A stretch of 64,000 nucleotides of DNA from Botryllus schlosseri. Lineage: Eukaryota. Below are positions 38,001-49,644 of this stretch, one piece after another. Within the stretch, counting starts at the first letter, position 1. Every line of letters starts with the position of its first letter. The notes under the pieces were generated by a model that saw only the letters and a program-made list of their open reading frames with translations, was not told the DNA's origin and did no database searches. The translations under genes were made by a program, and so were the position numbers. The stretch spans positions 29,204,001 to 29,268,000 of the forward strand of contig CM119372.1 of assembly GCA_051294905.1 (NCBI GenBank). The letters run 5' to 3'.

Positions 38001-41000
38001 CTTGTGACTTAGTTACAACCATGGTGTGACCTGTCGTCCATTTACCATTTGTTCACCACATAATATAAGAGAACGTATTGGTCCAGGGATTCTCAAAGCA
38101 TTTCAGAGCGCGACCCTTATTCTGAGTTTTCATTAACATCTCGCGGTACAAGCTCATCACTTCAAAAGAACCGCCATTTTATTATTAACGATATAGCATT
38201 TCATAAGCATTTGTGAACTAGAGAAGATGCAGACAACCATTCGTTGTACGATGAGCGGGTATGCGAAACGTGATTCATTTAAAAAATTATTCAATTCAGC
38301 GAGGTTGATGTCACTGAATCTTTTATTGCATAACTGTTTTGTATTTTTCGCTATGCGTTTGCGTACACCTAAACCACGTATTTCCTTAGCAGGAAACTCA
38401 AACTCACGGATCCTCGGATAGTTGAAATTGACAATTGATTTTTTTTTAAAGCAAGCACATAACAACGATCACGCACTTAGCATGCATGCGAGATGTTGGA
38501 GGATATCGTTCAGTGGTTCCCAACCTTTTCGTCTTCGCGGACCCCTTTCAGACCGTCACGGCCCCCGCGGACCCCCACGAAGTTTTAGTTCAAATTTACC
38601 TCAATTATCGTGCAATCACGTCATCTGTCTTATACAAATGATAACTGTCGGCTTAGTGATAAACGGCAACGAAATGACTTTTCTTGGAAATAAGATCATA
38701 CTATTCATGTAGAAATTTGGTTGACTTCTATTATTTCAAACCGAATTCTGCAACTGCTTTTCCTGAAATACGTGGTAGTGTTTTGAAAATACCCACCGAA
38801 TGTGCCGAAAAGCCATTTCCACAAATATAGGTGTCGACGAATGTAATGAGACCGCGTAACGCTTCCGACGGCACATTTGGGTATGATCGCAACAAATATG
38901 GCACCAAAATTGACAAGCAGGTATTTTTACTGAAAATAATTATGTCAAGCCTGGTCATTTCTATCTGACCATAAAGTAGAATCTTCCGCGTATTCGACGA
39001 AATCTGCGATATTGAAAAGTCAAAGTGCCGGATAATCGTTGATCTTGCCAAATGAGCCCAGCGGTATGCAGAGGCGAACCACAATTTTTGCAAGTAACAT
39101 TATTGTTGACCGAATCCATTCATTACCATTGAAAATTTTTCGCGCTGTTCGTGTCTAGGTCATCGATGTACACTGAGTCATCATGCCAATTGTTATTGAT
39201 TTTGATACATATTATTATACGTATCGTTTTCACCATTACCCAATCGGGTAAAGGTCATCAACATTCAAGTGGCCCACGAATAATGGTTCGTAAATCTCAT
39301 AAAGCCCTTTAGCTGAAAAGTTTGTCCACCCCTGACTAGCAGTTTATCTTGAAGTTATTATGGAAGAATCGTTGCGTAGCCTTATATCACAGGAGAACAT
39401 GGATTTTTGTTAACATTTCGAAGTCACTATGATTGACCATACTCGTCCAACTTTTTTCCCCACAATCCCCAACAAAACATCTCTAAACAGCAAAATGTTT
39501 GTATCAGTAGGCTATTGCCAGCAATTTAGCAATTAGTACGAATCTGCACAGTAGGATATTTCATCTCAGATGGCCATTCTGTTGATGTGAGCTCTGGAGT
39601 TTTACTAGTAATGAAGCGAAACTGCCTCGTGATTTTCCGAATTGAAAGAAATACGAATTAGGTTATCAACTATTTCGAGGCTTCGCGGACCCCCTGAAAA
39701 TGCTTCGCGGACCCCCAGGGGTCCTTGGACCCCCGGTTGAGAACCGTTGATATAGATCATTGCTCTTCAACCTATTTTGTCGTGGTACACCATTTTAACG
39801 TTTACTCAAAACTCAAAACGGCCGCAAAATTATGATTTTACGCCTACATGTGACCGTACGTCCGCAAGTTGACCACCCGTGGCTTAAAGGGGCCCTGCGC
39901 TCTAAAAATGTCGTAAATTAAAGCACAAATCGAAAAAAAAAATTTGATCGCAGTCATTTTTTCAGACCGCTACTCATTTAAGAAAAACACAAAACCTTGT
40001 GTGCCATGACCCCTGTCGTCCTCTGGCTAATAAATTCAGCACATGAAATCAGTTGGGCACTTGCCGTTTCGTCAACATTGCACCAAGTTTAGCATGTTTT
40101 TTTTCTCAATGGCTAGCGGCTCATTGAAAATAATGCAAGTTCACTTGCGTTCGTTTTGACTTGAATCGATGAAGTTGGAATGGCTTGTCACGATCCGAAA
40201 AAATGTTGTCTTGAAACGGTTGAAAGTAAGATAAATGCTTCCACCAGAGGCCTCGTAGTGATCAATTCGGTACGACGTTTGCCGCTTATAGGAGAAATTT
40301 GTTGAGAGGCCGTCGCGGGCCTAACAGATTGTCTCGCGAACTGCACTTTCAGCACATCTGCATTAGTATAAGAATAGGGGGAATTTTTGTGTGAAGGTGA
40401 GATTTCAAATGGCAATTGAACATACTTCGAGCAAAAAAAACAGCCAAAAGGAACCTGAATTCGTAAACAACTGGTTGCCTACTTGACAGTTCGAAAAAGA
40501 ATAATTTGATAAATCCGTTCAAATTATAAAGCAAAATTCCCCCCTGAAAATTAAATCATTTCCCGGAATGGGGAATTTCCCCTGGCTGGGAATCACCGGC
40601 CTAGTCAGTTTCGTTTTGTTTAATGTCCCTAAAATTCAATTACTTCGTCACGTCGGAATCGCATCATTACAACACACATGCAACCCAGGGTTGTAATGAC
40701 TCGAGTCGAGTCAGAATCGAATAGCGATTTTTTTAGTGACTCGACTCGAAAATGAAAAATGACTCGACTTGACACGAGTCATTTTCCTAAAAATGAAAAA
40801 TGACTCGACTCGACTCGAGTCAATTTGTGTATTGACTCGACTTGTACTCGAGTCATTGCGTATGACTCGGACCGAGTCATTGCACATAACTCGGATGAAG
40901 TCATGTGACTCGAGATTGGGTCTACCAAGTCAAATATATCATTTCGAAGAATAGTAGAGTTACACTATTATTAATTCGTCTATCAGTACTGATACTTGAA

Positions 41001-41590
41001 AATTCTACCAGAAACTGCTAAAAGTTAGCAAAATTAGTATATTTTGAATGCGAAGCATTCGATATCGCCGAACAGACTTGTCAAAGGTTGATTTCACATG
41101 ACATTAATTCGGAACTGAACAGTCAACGCGAAACTTTACTTCATGACTTTGACTCGGACTTGACTCGGTGGTGAATTCAAAATGACTTGACTTGACTAGA
41201 GTCTAAACTATAAAAGTGAGATCGACTTGTGACTCGGAACCTTGTGACTTAGTTACAACCATGGTGCGACCTGTCGTCCATTTACCATATGTTCACCACA
41301 TAATATAAGAGAACGTATTGGTCCAGGGATTCTCAAAGCATTTCAGAGCGCGACCCTTATTCTGAGTTTTCATTAACATCTCGCGGTACAAGCTCATCAC
41401 TTCAAAAGAACCGCCATTTTATTATTAACGATATAGCATTTCATAAGCATTTGTGAACTAGAGAAGATGCAGACAACCATTCGTTGTACGATGAGCGGGT
41501 ATGCGAAACGTGATTCATTTAAAAAATTATTCAATTCAGCGAGGTTGATGTCACTGAATCTTTTATTGCATAACTGTTTTGTATTTTGCT
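35031..41590. repeat. Recent tandem duplication, 3240-bp period
   Basis: 35031-38350 and 38271-41590 are near-identical; duplicated ORFs recur at +3240 (36948/40188, 37529/40769, 38227/41467). An older, more diverged copy of part of the unit spans ~30020-30363 plus 34022-35030. Confidence 0.97.
35271..36509 (-). mobile_element. Buster/Charlie-type hAT derivative with a transposase C-terminal relic (duplicated at ~38510-39749)
   Basis: TIR CAGAGGTTCTCAAC...GTTGAGAACCGTTG with TSD ATATAGAT. The minus strand encodes YPNVPSEALRGLITFVDTYICGNGFSAL, resembling the hAT dimerisation motif YP....AL..L.PF.TTYLCE.GFS. Confidence 0.85.
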
Positions 41591-42093
41591 CCATGCGTAC
41601 ACCGAAACCACGAACTTCCTTTGCCGAAATCACAAACTCACGGATCTTCGGATATTTGAAATTGGCGATTGATTTTTTTTAAAGCAAGCACATGACAACG
41701 ATCACGCACTTAGCATGCATGTATGAAAACGCATCTCTGAAGTTTCGTGACAACGAAACCAGAAGCGCTGGGCACGATTTGGCGGGTTAGACTGTGCAGC
41801 GAAATTTTTCTTCCACGTTTCATTCATTCAGGCCTTATGAGAGCTCATATATTACTAAATAATGTATACGACTTTATCTATATTGTACATTTCATGTGTA
41901 GCCTACTCATGACGCACATTGTAGAATCGATATTCATAACAAAGCGTTAAGAGATATGCAGATGACGCAACTCTTTGTCAAGGGTTGTGTTATGATTTCA
42001 TTGGGTCTATTGGCTACATATAATGCATCCGATTCGACACACATCACATTTTATTTCTCCATCCATTGACTGCGTAACTCACACAGTCTTGTA

Positions 42094-42198
42094 ATGTTGA
42101 CCGTCTTTGCCTTCGCGTTGATGGCCGTGTGCTCAGCCCACGGTTATGAAGATGGGAGCTGCCAACTTCCACTGCAAGAGGACATTGACTGGATTCGG
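42094..42198 (+). CDS. Lipocalin coding exon 1 (signal peptide, first Cys, QEDIDWIR)
   Basis: ATG at 42094, 35 codons, donor CGG|GTGAGC (phase 0). Confidence 0.85.
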
Positions 42199-45100
42199 GT
42201 GAGCAAGCATTTACGGCGTTGCTGCATGTGAAGTTCGTATAGATGAGGTATTGAATTTGTCATATAAAACACCGTGTCCACTGTTCAGATTGCTGTAGCC
42301 GAACACAGACCAAACGCTGATTTGGTCTGATGGACTCTAGCAGTGTTGGGATCAAGTCACTACCTTCGAGTCACGAGTCAATTCGAGTCATTGCACGTTT
42401 TGACTCGAGTCAAGTCAAGTCAGTCGATTTTCGAAGGTGACTCGATTCAAGTCAAGTCACTCGATTTTTGAAGTTGACTCGAGTCAAGTCGAGTCAAGTC
42501 AAGTCAAGTCACGAGTCAAGTCACAATTCAAGTCAAGTTGCCTTTTCGAAGTATGAGGCGTGATTACATCATTGAATTTTGCTAGATGTCTGAAATACAT
42601 ATTGAGTGGTCATTGATTCTGAACCGATAGAACTAATATAGAGTAAAATATACACGCAAGAAGGCACTGTATATCACTCACATATTCGTAGAACTACGTG
42701 AGTGCATAGCCTCAGTTTATAGTTACCAGCCAAAATAGAGAATAGAGAAACGAATTGATAAGATACAATACGTGCCCCTTTACAAATTAATATGATATGA
42801 TTCGAACCTACGCCAATGGTTGAGGTCGTTGAGGACTATATAAGCTATATTCGGATTGCATTATATTAAAACAAGAGGTTTGGTTAAGGTAAGAACAGAG
42901 AACAGAAATAGGCATTTTGCTATTTAATTACTTTACTACTAGTTTATGACAACGTAAGCTGTAGGCTTCGATCACTTCGTTTGCGGTCAATTTATTAGTG
43001 AGAGAACAATGGAGGCCTAGAAAAACGCACGGTTTGTTTGTTTGTTTTGGGGTATTCATGGTGTTTGTCGACTACTATGGTCATTTACACCAGGCCGATA
43101 TTCTTCTTATTTTTCCGTAACTGCCGACTTATAGCACGGCCCACCTCTAGGCTTTTGTAAGACACCGCTGACGCGGATGAGGTGGCGAGGAGGAGCCTAG
43201 GTAAACCTCCAACACTTAGGTATCGGAATTCGGAAGTCGACCTCGGTCGGACTCGAACCCGCACCCATTGGTGTTGCAGCCGCGGATTATACCACTGCGC
43301 TATCTCGCCACAAAAAAAACCACGGTCGTTGAATGATTGGTCGCTCTCACGCGTTACACCAGCGTTTCGCGAACATCCGAACAAATGGAAGATACAGTGA
43401 TATTTATCGATACCGATTACTTGATGACTTGAAATTGACTCGGGAATTTTGCTCCGAGTCACGAGTCAATCCACATTTCTGATACGCCGAGTCAAGTCAA
43501 GTCAAGTCATTTTAGCAAAGTGACTCGAGTCAAGTCAAGTCATACGAAAAAGGTGACTCGAGTCTGACTCGAGTCAAGTCATGACTCGAGTCATCCCAAC
43601 ACTGGACTCTAGTCCATCTATAGCTCAAGTCCTGGGAGGACCGTATAGGCATTGTCATTGACATATCCATAACAGTCGCACACAGCTTGAAGCCCGCTGC
43701 ACACTGAGCTCGCGACCCGATAAAACGAGAGAATCGCGCCTGTCTGCGACGGTGCCATTCAGACCGGAGTCGCCGGCAACTCGCAACATGCCGTCTGCGA
43801 CAGGGCTGCGCAACTCCGCGACAAAGTTGAAAATTTTCAACTTTGTCGTGAGTTGCGAGCGACTTGTCAGCAGTTACTGATCGTTAGCTCTATGTCACCG
43901 CAATAGTTTGTCCGGGTACTGCGTGTTTTGATTTGTATGAATGTTTCCTCATTGAATTTAGACTGGTTTGAGGCCATTTTAGAACTTGAAGCCGTTTTAG
44001 AACTTGAAGCTTAACTGCAATAACGCATTCTACTGTAAGCAGTACCGGTAATTAACTAAGACAAACCAGTACCGGCAGTATTGATACCACGAAAGTCTCA
44101 GTCATTGTATGTCTACAGGTGGAATTATCATGCCTTGTCTGATTCATTTTAACCTGTACAAGTACAATGTACATGTACATTGGTAGGAAACTGGGCTAAG
44201 CAGTTACTTTTATTCGAGGTATGTCATGGGTTCACTGATGTATATTTCAGATACCAGTGCATCTCGGTGCACGACGTGTGAAAATCTTATTGTTGACTAG
44301 GTAAGGTAGCGGCAGTGTAATTCTTGGTGTTAAATTTCGTCTATTCTCCTCTTTATCAGACTCCGGTACGAAATGTAGTGGCGATTCATAAAGTCAGAAA
44401 TGGACTATGCATCATTATGGAGAATGAGATCCCTAGAGCTAAAACTAGAGAATCAACCAGACCCACGGATAAATTTCAATGCTTGATACCTGAGGATGAA
44501 TCGAAGATTGAAAAGGAAAGAATCCCAGAGTTATATTTGAATATTGTTAAGACTTAATTCATTTACAATAAAATTATAACGCATTTGAATGTTGTTCTCT
44601 ATCATATGGAGAAATTGGTGTATGAGTGCTTGACAGTTGATGCAGTCACTGAGGCGATGGACTACAAAAAGGCTTGGTGTGTGTAGCATAATAGGCTAGA
44701 ACTCCAGAAATTTGGATCAGCGACCGGCAATAGCGCCTATAACTGAGTCACGCAGACTCTGCGTTTTCAACATTGAAATGTGATATTGGTTCGTTAATGG
44801 AAAAGTGTGTGCATATAAGACGTCCACTTATTCATTGACAAAACCATGTACCCATCGAAATACTCCTTTTGCGATCTATCAGGAGCTGTGCAATGTGTAT
44901 CCATTTCGAGCTTTCGGACAGAACGCGCAAGAGCTGTAGTCGCCGCTTGTGGGCACTGCCGGGACCAGTGTGCATTGCGTCGCGACTTACGACTCGCAAC
45001 TCATAACGCGCAACTCGCGATGTTGCGTCGCGAGGTCAGTGTGCAGCGGGCTTGATCGAGTAAATACATAAATGCATTCAATCCACTATCATTACTATGC

Positions 45101-48005
45101 CTATTAGGGTGGCTTCTCCCTAACCGACGCTTGAAAGTCTGGGTTTCGTCGAGTGGGTGGTATAGCTATTCATGACTCATATGCTGCAGCAACGTAAGAT
45201 CTGGTTCAGGGTGTCAGAGGCCGTTTTTTGCGGTGGTCAGTAACAACTCTCAATGCAAACTGCAGCTGCTCAACGTACTTTCTTAGAGAGCCAGGAAAAT
45301 CTTTAACTATGACAACGAAACGTTAAGCGTGGTAGGCCTATACATTCAGTGACAGTCAATGTGCTGATAATGCTTTTTGCGGAAATGGAACTAGACGGCT
45401 CCTTTCTATGAGCTTCCGGATATTAAATAAAAACGTATAACAGATGGAAGTTTTTAAAAATGAGTCTTGATTTCTTTGTCGTAAAGTCGATTAAAGTCTT
45501 CTCTTGAATGTGTTTTAATTCAATGATTGCACGATAAATGATTATACTCTTTCCCTTCCTATAACAGCATCGTAATGTCATCTCAAAATAAATTATTGAT
45601 CAGCTAATGATTCGAGTCCGACTCAAGTCACGATTTTCTGATGACTCGAGTCATTTTCTCAAAATACGGAAATGACTCGACTCGAGTCGATCTGTGTATT
45701 GACTCGACCTGGACTCGAATCAAAACGATAAAAGTGAGATCGACTTGTGACTCGGAGCCTTGTGACTTGGTTACAGCCCTGGCTAATACTCACACAATGG
45801 ACCTAGACTTCCAAGCGTTTGCAAAGTGCAACTATTGATATCACGTGACTATGTGTGTTCTATAACTTAAACGGATGGAAATTTCGATCTATTGAGCCAC
45901 ATCTAGACGGTAACAATATCACCACCCCACTGCCAATATTTTTACACCCATTTACTTATTTATTGTTTCATTACAAGGTGCCAACAAGTTGGAACTTGGT
46001 AGTTACGGATGATCCTCCCCCCCACGAAAACGCGTTCGAGTGCGTCACTATGGACATAACCGAGAAGCGCGAAGGCCCTGTCTTTAAAATGTCAGGAACC
46101 AATAGGTGAGACAACTTGTCACATTCTACAGTGAGTGAAGTATTCGGACCTGCCATTTCCCCTCCGGCCAGGACATACCAGAACACATCAAGTTTAGGCC
46201 AACATGCGCTGTCAAAAGGACCTGGGCTTCAAATATCCCCCCGACAAACCATGAGCAAAATGAATACCGCATGTTGGCTGAAAAGATTCGATCTTGATAA
46301 CGTTTTGTCTCCAATATGTGCTATGTCGAAGAAAGTTTTTCGTTATCGTCTTAATATAGAACACCTCGGAGAAAATGATGTGTATCGATAAAAATACAAT
46401 TCCCGAAGAATCTCAATTTCCCTATATTAAGAAGCGTCTTGAGCGATACAGCAAAGCGGTTCTCGAACCTCTTACACCGTGACCCAAATCTGAGTTTTAT
46501 TTCGTCGCGCGACCGAAGCTGCACGCATCTACATGAATGCATTTTCAATGTCATTATGTTACGTATTTACTGGCATGTATGAAATTTAGAAGGCACAGAC
46601 CACCACCACCAGTTGTACGCAATGCAATTCTATAAAACATGCGTGACACTCGTGATTTCAAATAGGGGTGCAATATTTTCCTTTGTGGCCACATTTGTAC
46701 TGCGGGGCTCAGATTGCAAGGACGTGACTATTCTGTGACGATCATTTCGCAGACAGGACATATCAGCAACGGTCATTTTGGGCCAAGGTTTTATCACATT
46801 CATCCAGCGTTTTTCGCGCCGCATTTTGACCGCAGCAGAATGTAAGCCAAAAATTTATACCTACATGGACCACGGCGCGGGTGGAAAGAGCGGCATAAAA
46901 TACCGTTGCACGCCCCTAGTTTAAAGCAGCCCAACGGTCTCCGGTGGTGTTAAACGATATTAGGAAAGTTCTGTTCTTTCAAAATTGCGAAAAAGTTAAT
47001 TCATTTATGTGAATTATGGGTACTGTATAATTCAAAAATATCAGTGCGGCAGTTACGGCCGCCCTCTCCCCCTCCCTCTACCCAGCCCGAGTTATATCCG
47101 CGCAAGTTGGACATTTCCAGAGAAACCAATGTCAGACAAATCTTATCATGACATCAAACCAAGTTGTGTAATACAATGGTCGGCACATTTTCATGACCAC
47201 TCCAACGACTTTTCTGTGCGAACGTGTATACGTACAAGCCAAGCACAGTATCTCGCGCGAACAGCGAATAAATTTTGTTGTTGCAATAAAGTTAGCAATC
47301 GCTTTTGGCGGTCGCGACCCAAAGCTATTCCCTTCGCGACCCCTGTTTAGGTCGCGACCCATACTTTAGGAATTCTGGATATAGCACATGCATCAGTTTT
47401 TTTCGTAAAAATTTCAGCTTACTCAACTGTTAGATATAATAAATCGTTTCAGTAACGGCGATGAGGCCGCGATTATCATTCGAAGCTGGGAAAATGTCGG
47501 AGGAAACTACGAATTGTTAATGTACCCAGGTATTCATACATGACGCACATAGTATGTCTGGTACGTATTTGGTAATAGCGATTGGAACACTATTCCAGAT
47601 CATGTATCGGACGAGACGATTACTGAAATAAATAACGGTCACAAAGCAGGCGAAAACCAAAGTAAATACAGGAAATATCTATTATATATATAGCTGTTAA
47701 ACATTTCATATATGTTACAGGACTTCCTATTCTCGCGGCATCATTTATTACCGACTACGAAACTTACTTCATGCTATTGGCTTGCGGAAATAACGGTATG
47801 TAAATGGAGCTAGTGAGTCATTTGTATAGAATGGGTTTTTCACGAGCAGCACAAAATTTTGTCAGGTGTCAAAGACATCTGGGTATTTGCTCGACAACGC
47901 GATATTTCGGTCGACGACACACTCTCGTACGTGAACGAACTCCGCCTGCACGACGCGTGGAGATCGCTAAAACTCAGACAACCAGTCTGCGCTGCTGCAA
48001 AATAA
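42094..48005 (+). CDS. Secreted lipocalin (apolipoprotein D-like), 5 coding exons, 174 aa
   Basis: Exons 42094-42198, 45978-46105, 47453-47529, 47721-47795 and 47866-48005; all introns are GT..AG with phases 0,2,1,1, as is typical of lipocalins. Spliced protein: MLTVFAFALMAVCSAHGYEDGSCQLPLQEDIDWIR/VPTSWNLVVTDDPPPHENAFECVTMDITEKREGPVFKMSGTN/SNGDEAAIIIRSWENVGGNYELLMYP/GLPILAASFITDYETYFMLLACGNN/GVKDIWVFARQRDISVDDTLSYVNELRLHDAWRSLKLRQPVCAAAK*. It has a signal peptide, SCR1-like QEDIDWIR-VPTSW, SCR2 TDYETY, SCR3 IWVFAR and 4 mature Cys. AATAAA lies near 48180. An acceptor-like CAG ends at 42086, so an upstream exon may add UTR or a few residues. Confidence 0.9.
42341..43604. mobile_element. hAT MITE (CAGTGTTGGGAT family) in lipocalin intron 1, containing a SINE
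   Basis: Same TIRs as 23112-24065, with a perfect TSD GACTCTAG. Confidence 0.93.
43033..43309 (-). mobile_element. tRNA-derived SINE (tRNA-Cys-like head) with a (CAAA)n tail
   Basis: Minus-strand head GGCGAGATAGCGCAGTGGTATAATCCGCGGCTGCAACACCAATGGGTGCGGGTTCGAGTCCGACC has A box TAGCGCAGTGG, B box GGTTCGAGTCC and a GCA loop. It has a 3' CAAA repeat and flanks AAAAAC(G)CACGG. It is absent from the paralogous MITE at ~23775-23790. Confidence 0.88.
43691..45052. mobile_element. PIF/Harbinger-like non-autonomous element in lipocalin intron 1
   Basis: Perfect 17-bp TIR AGCCCGCTGCACACTGA / TCAGTGTGCAGCGGGCT, a 3-bp TSD TGA and GC-rich (TCGCGA/GCGAC) subterminal motifs. Confidence 0.8.
45978..46105 (+). 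CDS. Lipocalin coding exon 2 (VPTSW...ECVTMDI)
   Basis: Polypyrimidine tract and AAG acceptor, donor AG|GTGAGA; 128 nt, phase 0 to 2. Confidence 0.88.
47453..47529 (+). CDS. Lipocalin coding exon 3
   Basis: TTTCAG acceptor, CAG|GTATTC donor; 77 nt, phase 2 to 1, keeps the frame open between exons 2 and 4. Confidence 0.8.
47721..47795 (+). CDS. Lipocalin coding exon 4 (TDYETY motif)
   Basis: TTACAG acceptor, G|GTATGT donor; 75 nt; encodes ITDYETYFMLLAC. Confidence 0.92.
47866..48005 (+). CDS. Lipocalin coding exon 5 (IWVFAR motif, C-terminal helix, last Cys, stop)
   Basis: TTTTGTCAG acceptor after a 70-nt intron; open frame to TAA at 48003-48005. Confidence 0.9.
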
Positions 48006-48693
48006 GGTCCAGAGACCAGTTGAAATGAGTTACATTGTATTCTGTGTAGTATACGATCAGTGCCATCAGTGTACTTTGGCAAGTGACAATTGAAAATGAA
48101 TTTTCGTGGCCATTTTCTGTGTCGTTGGCCTTTGGCCTCGTATTCTGCTTCATTATAATCCGAATGTATGGTATATATAAATAAATGGTAATTAAAAGAG
48201 AATACTTGTAGTCACGAATCTGCACATAGGCTATCCATGTGTTTATCGGCAAAAGAAGTCAGCAGGGGTGTCAGCTTTACGGTGGCCGGTTTGGGTCCGC
48301 CGATTTTTCTGTAGCCGGCCGCTCATTATCTTATGACGGCCTCGAAGATGTAGTGGTCTCACAGTCACATGGCTGATCACTGGAAAATGACAAGCTATAT
48401 GAATTCATCATGGTCGGCCACCAACTCATTGCCTGTTCGACGTTTTCACACAATTCGTCGGGTCTGATTTGGGAATTTCAATTCGTCCTGAAGTACATAT
48501 TCTATAATTGTACTATTTCGGCCATCCTCGCTTTTAGTAGCCAACTTACACAGATGCTGCAAGCTCTTCAAATTAAATTACCAATTAGTTTTGTCAAGTA
48601 GATCACCGAGGCTTTAGGTATTGCAACTGGTATAAACATGATAAGCAATAGTCAGAGTTCGAGCAAGTTATTAATTAGGTCGTTGCTTGCTAA

Positions 48694-49197
48694 TAGGGCT
48701 GGGCAAAATGATTCGAGTACTCGAATCTGAATCGAGAATTAATTCTAATGATTCGAGTCGAGTAGTAAAATACGTTTTATTCGAGTACTGAAATTATACG
48801 GCCTTCGTCACTGAAAGTTAATTTATCATGCAGAATTGAAGTTACGATCTTATTTTCCGCTTTGGTAGCCTTGAAACATTGATTGGCCGTATCGCAGCGT
48901 GCAAAACGAAGTAAAAAGCTAAGAACGTTACTGGAAATAAGGCATGTCCGAAGTCATGATCATCCCATAACATTGTCACCAAGTGCAATGATATCGGTAT
49001 GGTCGAAAAATACCTAAGTATCTTTAATATGATGGATAACAGGCATTATATTATTTGTGGTGGCATAAAAGAAACTTTGTCATATTACATTCTGTTATGA
49101 CATCATAATGAGTGATACTCGAATACTCGACTCGACTCGAAGCATAATACGTGATTCAGAATCGAATCACTCAAGTACTCGAATTTGCCCAGCCCTA
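48694..49197. mobile_element. hAT MITE, TAGGGCTGGGCAAA family
   Basis: TIR TAGGGCTGGGCAAA...TTTGCCCAGCCCTA with TSD CTTGCTAA/CTTGCTAT. A right-end fragment lies at ~24680-24885. Confidence 0.88.
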
Positions 49198-49644
49198 CTT
49201 GCTATTAAGCCCACATGTTGTTAAGATCGAAAACCTCGTATAATATCACTCCAAGCGCTAGGGCTTTAACTCGTGCGAACAAGTATTTCGGATTTTATGA
49301 GTGAAACAACCTTGCTGATGCTTATGTTATATTAACGTAGGGGAGTGTAGCAGTCGATGCAATAACTTGTTGCACGACACGCTGGTATAGTGTTCGATTG
49401 GAGTCGACGCAACGATTCCTGTTGAACGCACTAGCCGATTGACTGATGATCGCTCTGCGTTCTCTCGCAATCCTGATCACACACGCAGATCCAAGGAGCT
49501 TTCTTTAATAACACAGCAAAGCCAAATAGAAGTAAGTAGTGGCCAGAGACTTGTAGATTTACCAGGATCAAATCATACTGCAATACATAACAAATATATA
49601 AAGAACGAAGTTAAATCAATCTCATTGTCTATTTACGTCTCTGC

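Noticed and set aside
45109..45335. Alternative lipocalin exon 2 candidate containing SGWY
   Set aside because: Stops flank the motif and no acceptor gives an open phase-0 exon; 45978-46105 fits the phases and Cys pattern.
25458..48005. Functional cluster linking the peptide precursor and the lipocalin
   Set aside because: The two genes are divergent neighbours about 15 kb apart, separated mostly by transposons. No processing or modifying enzyme is present, and proximity alone is not evidence.
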